A DNA stretch of 64,000 nucleotides from Tubiluchus corallicola (Eukaryota > Animalia > Priapulida). A program made the position numbers and the translations under genes. Shown here piece after piece: positions 1-64,000 of the stretch (position 1 is its first letter; every line of letters begins with the position of its first letter). The notes beneath the pieces were generated by a model. That model saw nothing but the letters and a program-made list of their open reading frames with translations, had not been told where the DNA came from and searched no databases. Location of the stretch: assembly GCA_030141605.1 (NCBI GenBank), contig JAQGDQ010002367.1, forward strand, positions 124,001-188,000, read 5' to 3'.

Positions 1-94
1 TTTTGTATAGTAAAAACTACATGAAGTCTGGTCTCCATATTTAGATCAACTAACGGTCATATCATCCAGGACTTGTGATCATAATGATATATTA

Positions 95-142
95 ATACTA
101 CTACTAGTATTACTACTACTACTACTACTAATAATAATAATA
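95..142. repeat. (ACT)n/(AAT)n trinucleotide microsatellite
   Basis: Runs of tac/act followed by aat. Confidence 0.85.
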
Positions 143-565
143 ACAATCATTACTGTATTGTAACAATTTATTACAGTGCTTTTCCACTGTAAAGTATTTT
201 ATTTTATTTATGAAATAGGTAAAATGATTAAAGCACTTACGAATCTAAAAGTAAAAATTAGTGCACCGTAGGAGAACAAACTGCAAATCTAAAAGGCATT
301 TACTACAACAATTTAAAAATCTATAATTTCTGTTATGCTACAAAAAATAATATTCTTAAATGAAAAGATAAATGTATGTATATGTATTATATATCAGACA
401 GAGATAATCTGTTAGCACTTAGCTGTTATCCCAAATATATTATCTGAAAACAAATTATCTTATTTCTACCTAATGCAAATGGCAAGTGATTAAATTATGA
501 AATCTGTGTTATTTGATTATAAAGCTCGGACACTTCTTGCATAATTATATTATTCTATTTTGTAG

Positions 566-61346
<60,781 letters not shown>

Positions 61347-61663
61347 GTTTGCATTTACTGTTAACTTGTGTCTTAAAACAAATGCAGAAATTTCTTATTT
61401 GCAATATGATATGTCTGAAGACAAATGACTCTAAAGATAACGTAATAAAATTGCTTATTTTATGTGCCTTCAGCATGTAAATATCTTTATCTGTATCAGC
61501 TAACAGCTATGTTCTAGAAGCAAAAGCTAAGTATATTGACCTAGGTAGGATGTCGCGCATTATTAATTTTCTGTTTATCTTGGCTATAAGCTGACTTCAG
61601 TATCAATCTGTTGACATCGTTAAACAAGCAAACAAACAGTACGTAGAATAGTTGGACATTCTA

Positions 61664-61810
61664 CAGTATGCGCCGCTTAATAGACTCACGGTTAATAGAC
61701 TCTTGCTTAATTGACTCAAAAACACCTGGTACGGGCCGCTTCTATTCTAATGTACGTAAAAACTGTTGGTATTTGACTCAAATAACTCCGCATAATTGAC
61801 TCAATATATT
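61664..61810 (+). mobile_element. Left end of a pogo/Tigger-like MITE
   Basis: TA-CAGTATGCGCCGCTTAATAGACTCACG with repeated aattgactc subterminal motifs; related to 48048. Confidence 0.6.
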
Positions 61811-62069
61811 TGCTTCACATACTTCAATAAGACACTTTCGTGTGACTAATAAGCTTTTATGACTTTTATATCATCTTAGTTCGCTTTTGTCCTATAAATA
61901 TACACGGAAAAAATCATGTTAAGTACCGTTTTGTTTGTAAGCAGGAACGTTTGTCCTTTGCTAATATGCTAGCATAATGGTTTCCTTTGACCCGCAGGTC
62001 CACTGCAATTAACCTCGTCACCCAAGAATTCCTGGAAGCTAAGCATTTAATTACTTGCCTAGCACAGTT

Positions 62070-63830
62070 TGCTTTTGATTTTTTTTATTTATTTATTAAA
62101 TATATCCACAATGATCATTACAGCATTGTACATAAAAGTATTTAATAACATATTTAGTATTATGTACACAAGATGCCAAGCCGCAAATGACCCGTGGGGT
62201 ACTCAAGAAGTAATTACTTGTTTAGAGCACCCCAAAAGAATGTGGACTGAGTGTAATAGAAAAGAGCAGTAAAGGAGTAGAAAGAAAGGTTAATAGAGAA
62301 TAGAAAGAAGGAGAAAGATGTGATGGTATCTGTATGAAGTAACGTGAACTATAGAAATGTAAAAATTGACATAGCCAGCAACGCAATGGATTCCGACAGG
62401 GACAGCAGCGTAATTAATCAAATTGATTTATTCTGTATAATTAGAAAAGATTTCACTTTTAAGATTGCTTTTGAAGCTATTTATAGATTAAGAATTTTTT
62501 ATGTATTCGTTGATGTTATTCCAAAGTCTAGGGCCAGTGTTAGTGATGAAGTGCCTTGCCGCATCAGCCCTGCAGTACGAAATTCGTTAAATCTTGTTGA
62601 GTAATGACTTACGTTAATAGATAATGGGTTTAAAAAGAAAGCGCGGTGAAGTTTATGTTTAGTTTTGTAGATGTAAACAGCGGTATTCAGGTTTATTAAC
62701 TCATTTAGCACTAGGATAGAATAATTCTTAAAAAGATTAAGACCTACGTGTTCACGCTTGTTCAAATTAGCTGTCAGTCTTATAAATTTACGTTGTAGAG
62801 AGTTTAGTTTAACTAGAGTTGAAGGGTAGGTGTGCCCCCAAAGTATATTACAGTAGGTCAAGTATGGCACTACTAGACAATTATAAAGTGCGATTGGGTG
62901 TTCTTTAGTGAAACAATATTTAACTTGACTGATTAACCCGATGTTTTTAGCAATTTTAGAATGAATCATATTTAAGTGTGGTTTCCAATTTAGGTGTTCA
63001 TTTAACATAACACCTAAGAACTTCATTTCGCTTACTTGTTCTACAGCATTACCATCAATTTTTATAATACTGTTCATATTTATAGGTTTGTTATGAGCTT
63101 TGAATAAAATGTATTTAGTTTTAGCTGAATTTAATGCTAATTTACTGATTTTAAACCAGGCTGTAATTTTACTGAGTTCACTATTAATAATGTTAGTGTC
63201 AAGTAACTTGCTGTTGATCTTAAAAAAAAATACCTGTGTCATCAGCAAATTGGAAGACCTTTCCATTGTCAGTAATTCAGTTTTGTAAGTCATTAATGTT
63301 TATTAAAAACAACAGAGGTCCCAAAATAGATTTCTGGGGTACTCCGTGTGTGACTATTGCTTCATTGGAAAGAACATTGTTACATATGACTGCTTGAGTT
63401 CGGTCCTTGAGGTAATTAGCAAACCATGAAATGTATGCGACCCCTCTAATGCCATAGTGGAATAACTTATCTAACAGAATAGCATGATTAACTGTATCAA
63501 AGGCTTTAGAGAGATCGCAGAAAATGCCAATGGCAACAGCGTTTTGTTCTAATGAATTAATTACATTGTTTATTATATTTATTAGGGCTAGCTGTGTAGA
63601 ACTACCCTTTCTAAAGCCATACTGATGATAATAAAGTACATTATGTATAGTCAAGTAGTCTAATAATCTTTTATGGACTATTTTTTCTAATATTTTAGAG
63701 AAAAAAGGTAATAATGATATAGGTCTATAGTTATTAATATCTAAGGAGTCTTTAGCATTAAACACAGGAAAAATTACTGATTTTTTAAGTTGATAATGAG
63801 CAATTGGTTATATACATTAAAGGAGCAGCT
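62070..63830 (-). mobile_element. 5'-truncated L2/CR1-group LINE with a well-preserved RT
   Basis: NYRPISLLP, QYGFRKG, DLSKAFDTVNH, GVPQKSILGPLLF, FADDT (in shifted frame), FLGVMLNEHLNWK, YLTYCNILWG; A-rich tail near 62070-62095. Confidence 0.93.
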
Positions 63831-64000
63831 AAGTTATCAATTAAGTCAATTATGAGTTTGCGAAGGTTTGGATTTGGTCAGCTTTTGCACTTAGCCAGGA
63901 GTCCTGCATGGCTCTGAGCTTCTTTTGGACTTTTCTTTTGGCATTGGTGAAGGCAGTTCTCTTTAATGGACACTTGGGGTTGTTTATAAAAGCTCTGTGA

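Overview
AT-rich eukaryotic (invertebrate-like metazoan) genomic DNA; no prokaryotic operon, CRISPR array, rRNA or tRNA gene is visible. The window lies entirely inside one large + strand gene, phosphatidylinositol 4-kinase III alpha (PI4KA/STT4 family). I traced 24 consecutive GT-AG coding exons from 566 to 61346 (3212 nt, about 1070 codons, all intron phases compatible), covering the N-terminal/central solenoid region; the start codon and kinase domain lie outside the window. The introns are full of decayed transposons: CR1/L2-type LINEs, at least four Penelope-like remnants (some with hammerhead-ribozyme-like cores), hAT, pogo/Tigger and Harbinger-like MITEs (often nested), and an internally deleted Gypsy LTR element with two ~1.1 kb LTRs, a tRNA-Leu PBS and a pol ending at RNase H (Gmr1-like). 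The most unusual object is a decayed CR1-type LINE (~31560-34620) whose PHD-finger ORF1 region runs into a KH RNA-binding domain. All homology calls come from recognising motifs by eye; no database searches were run.
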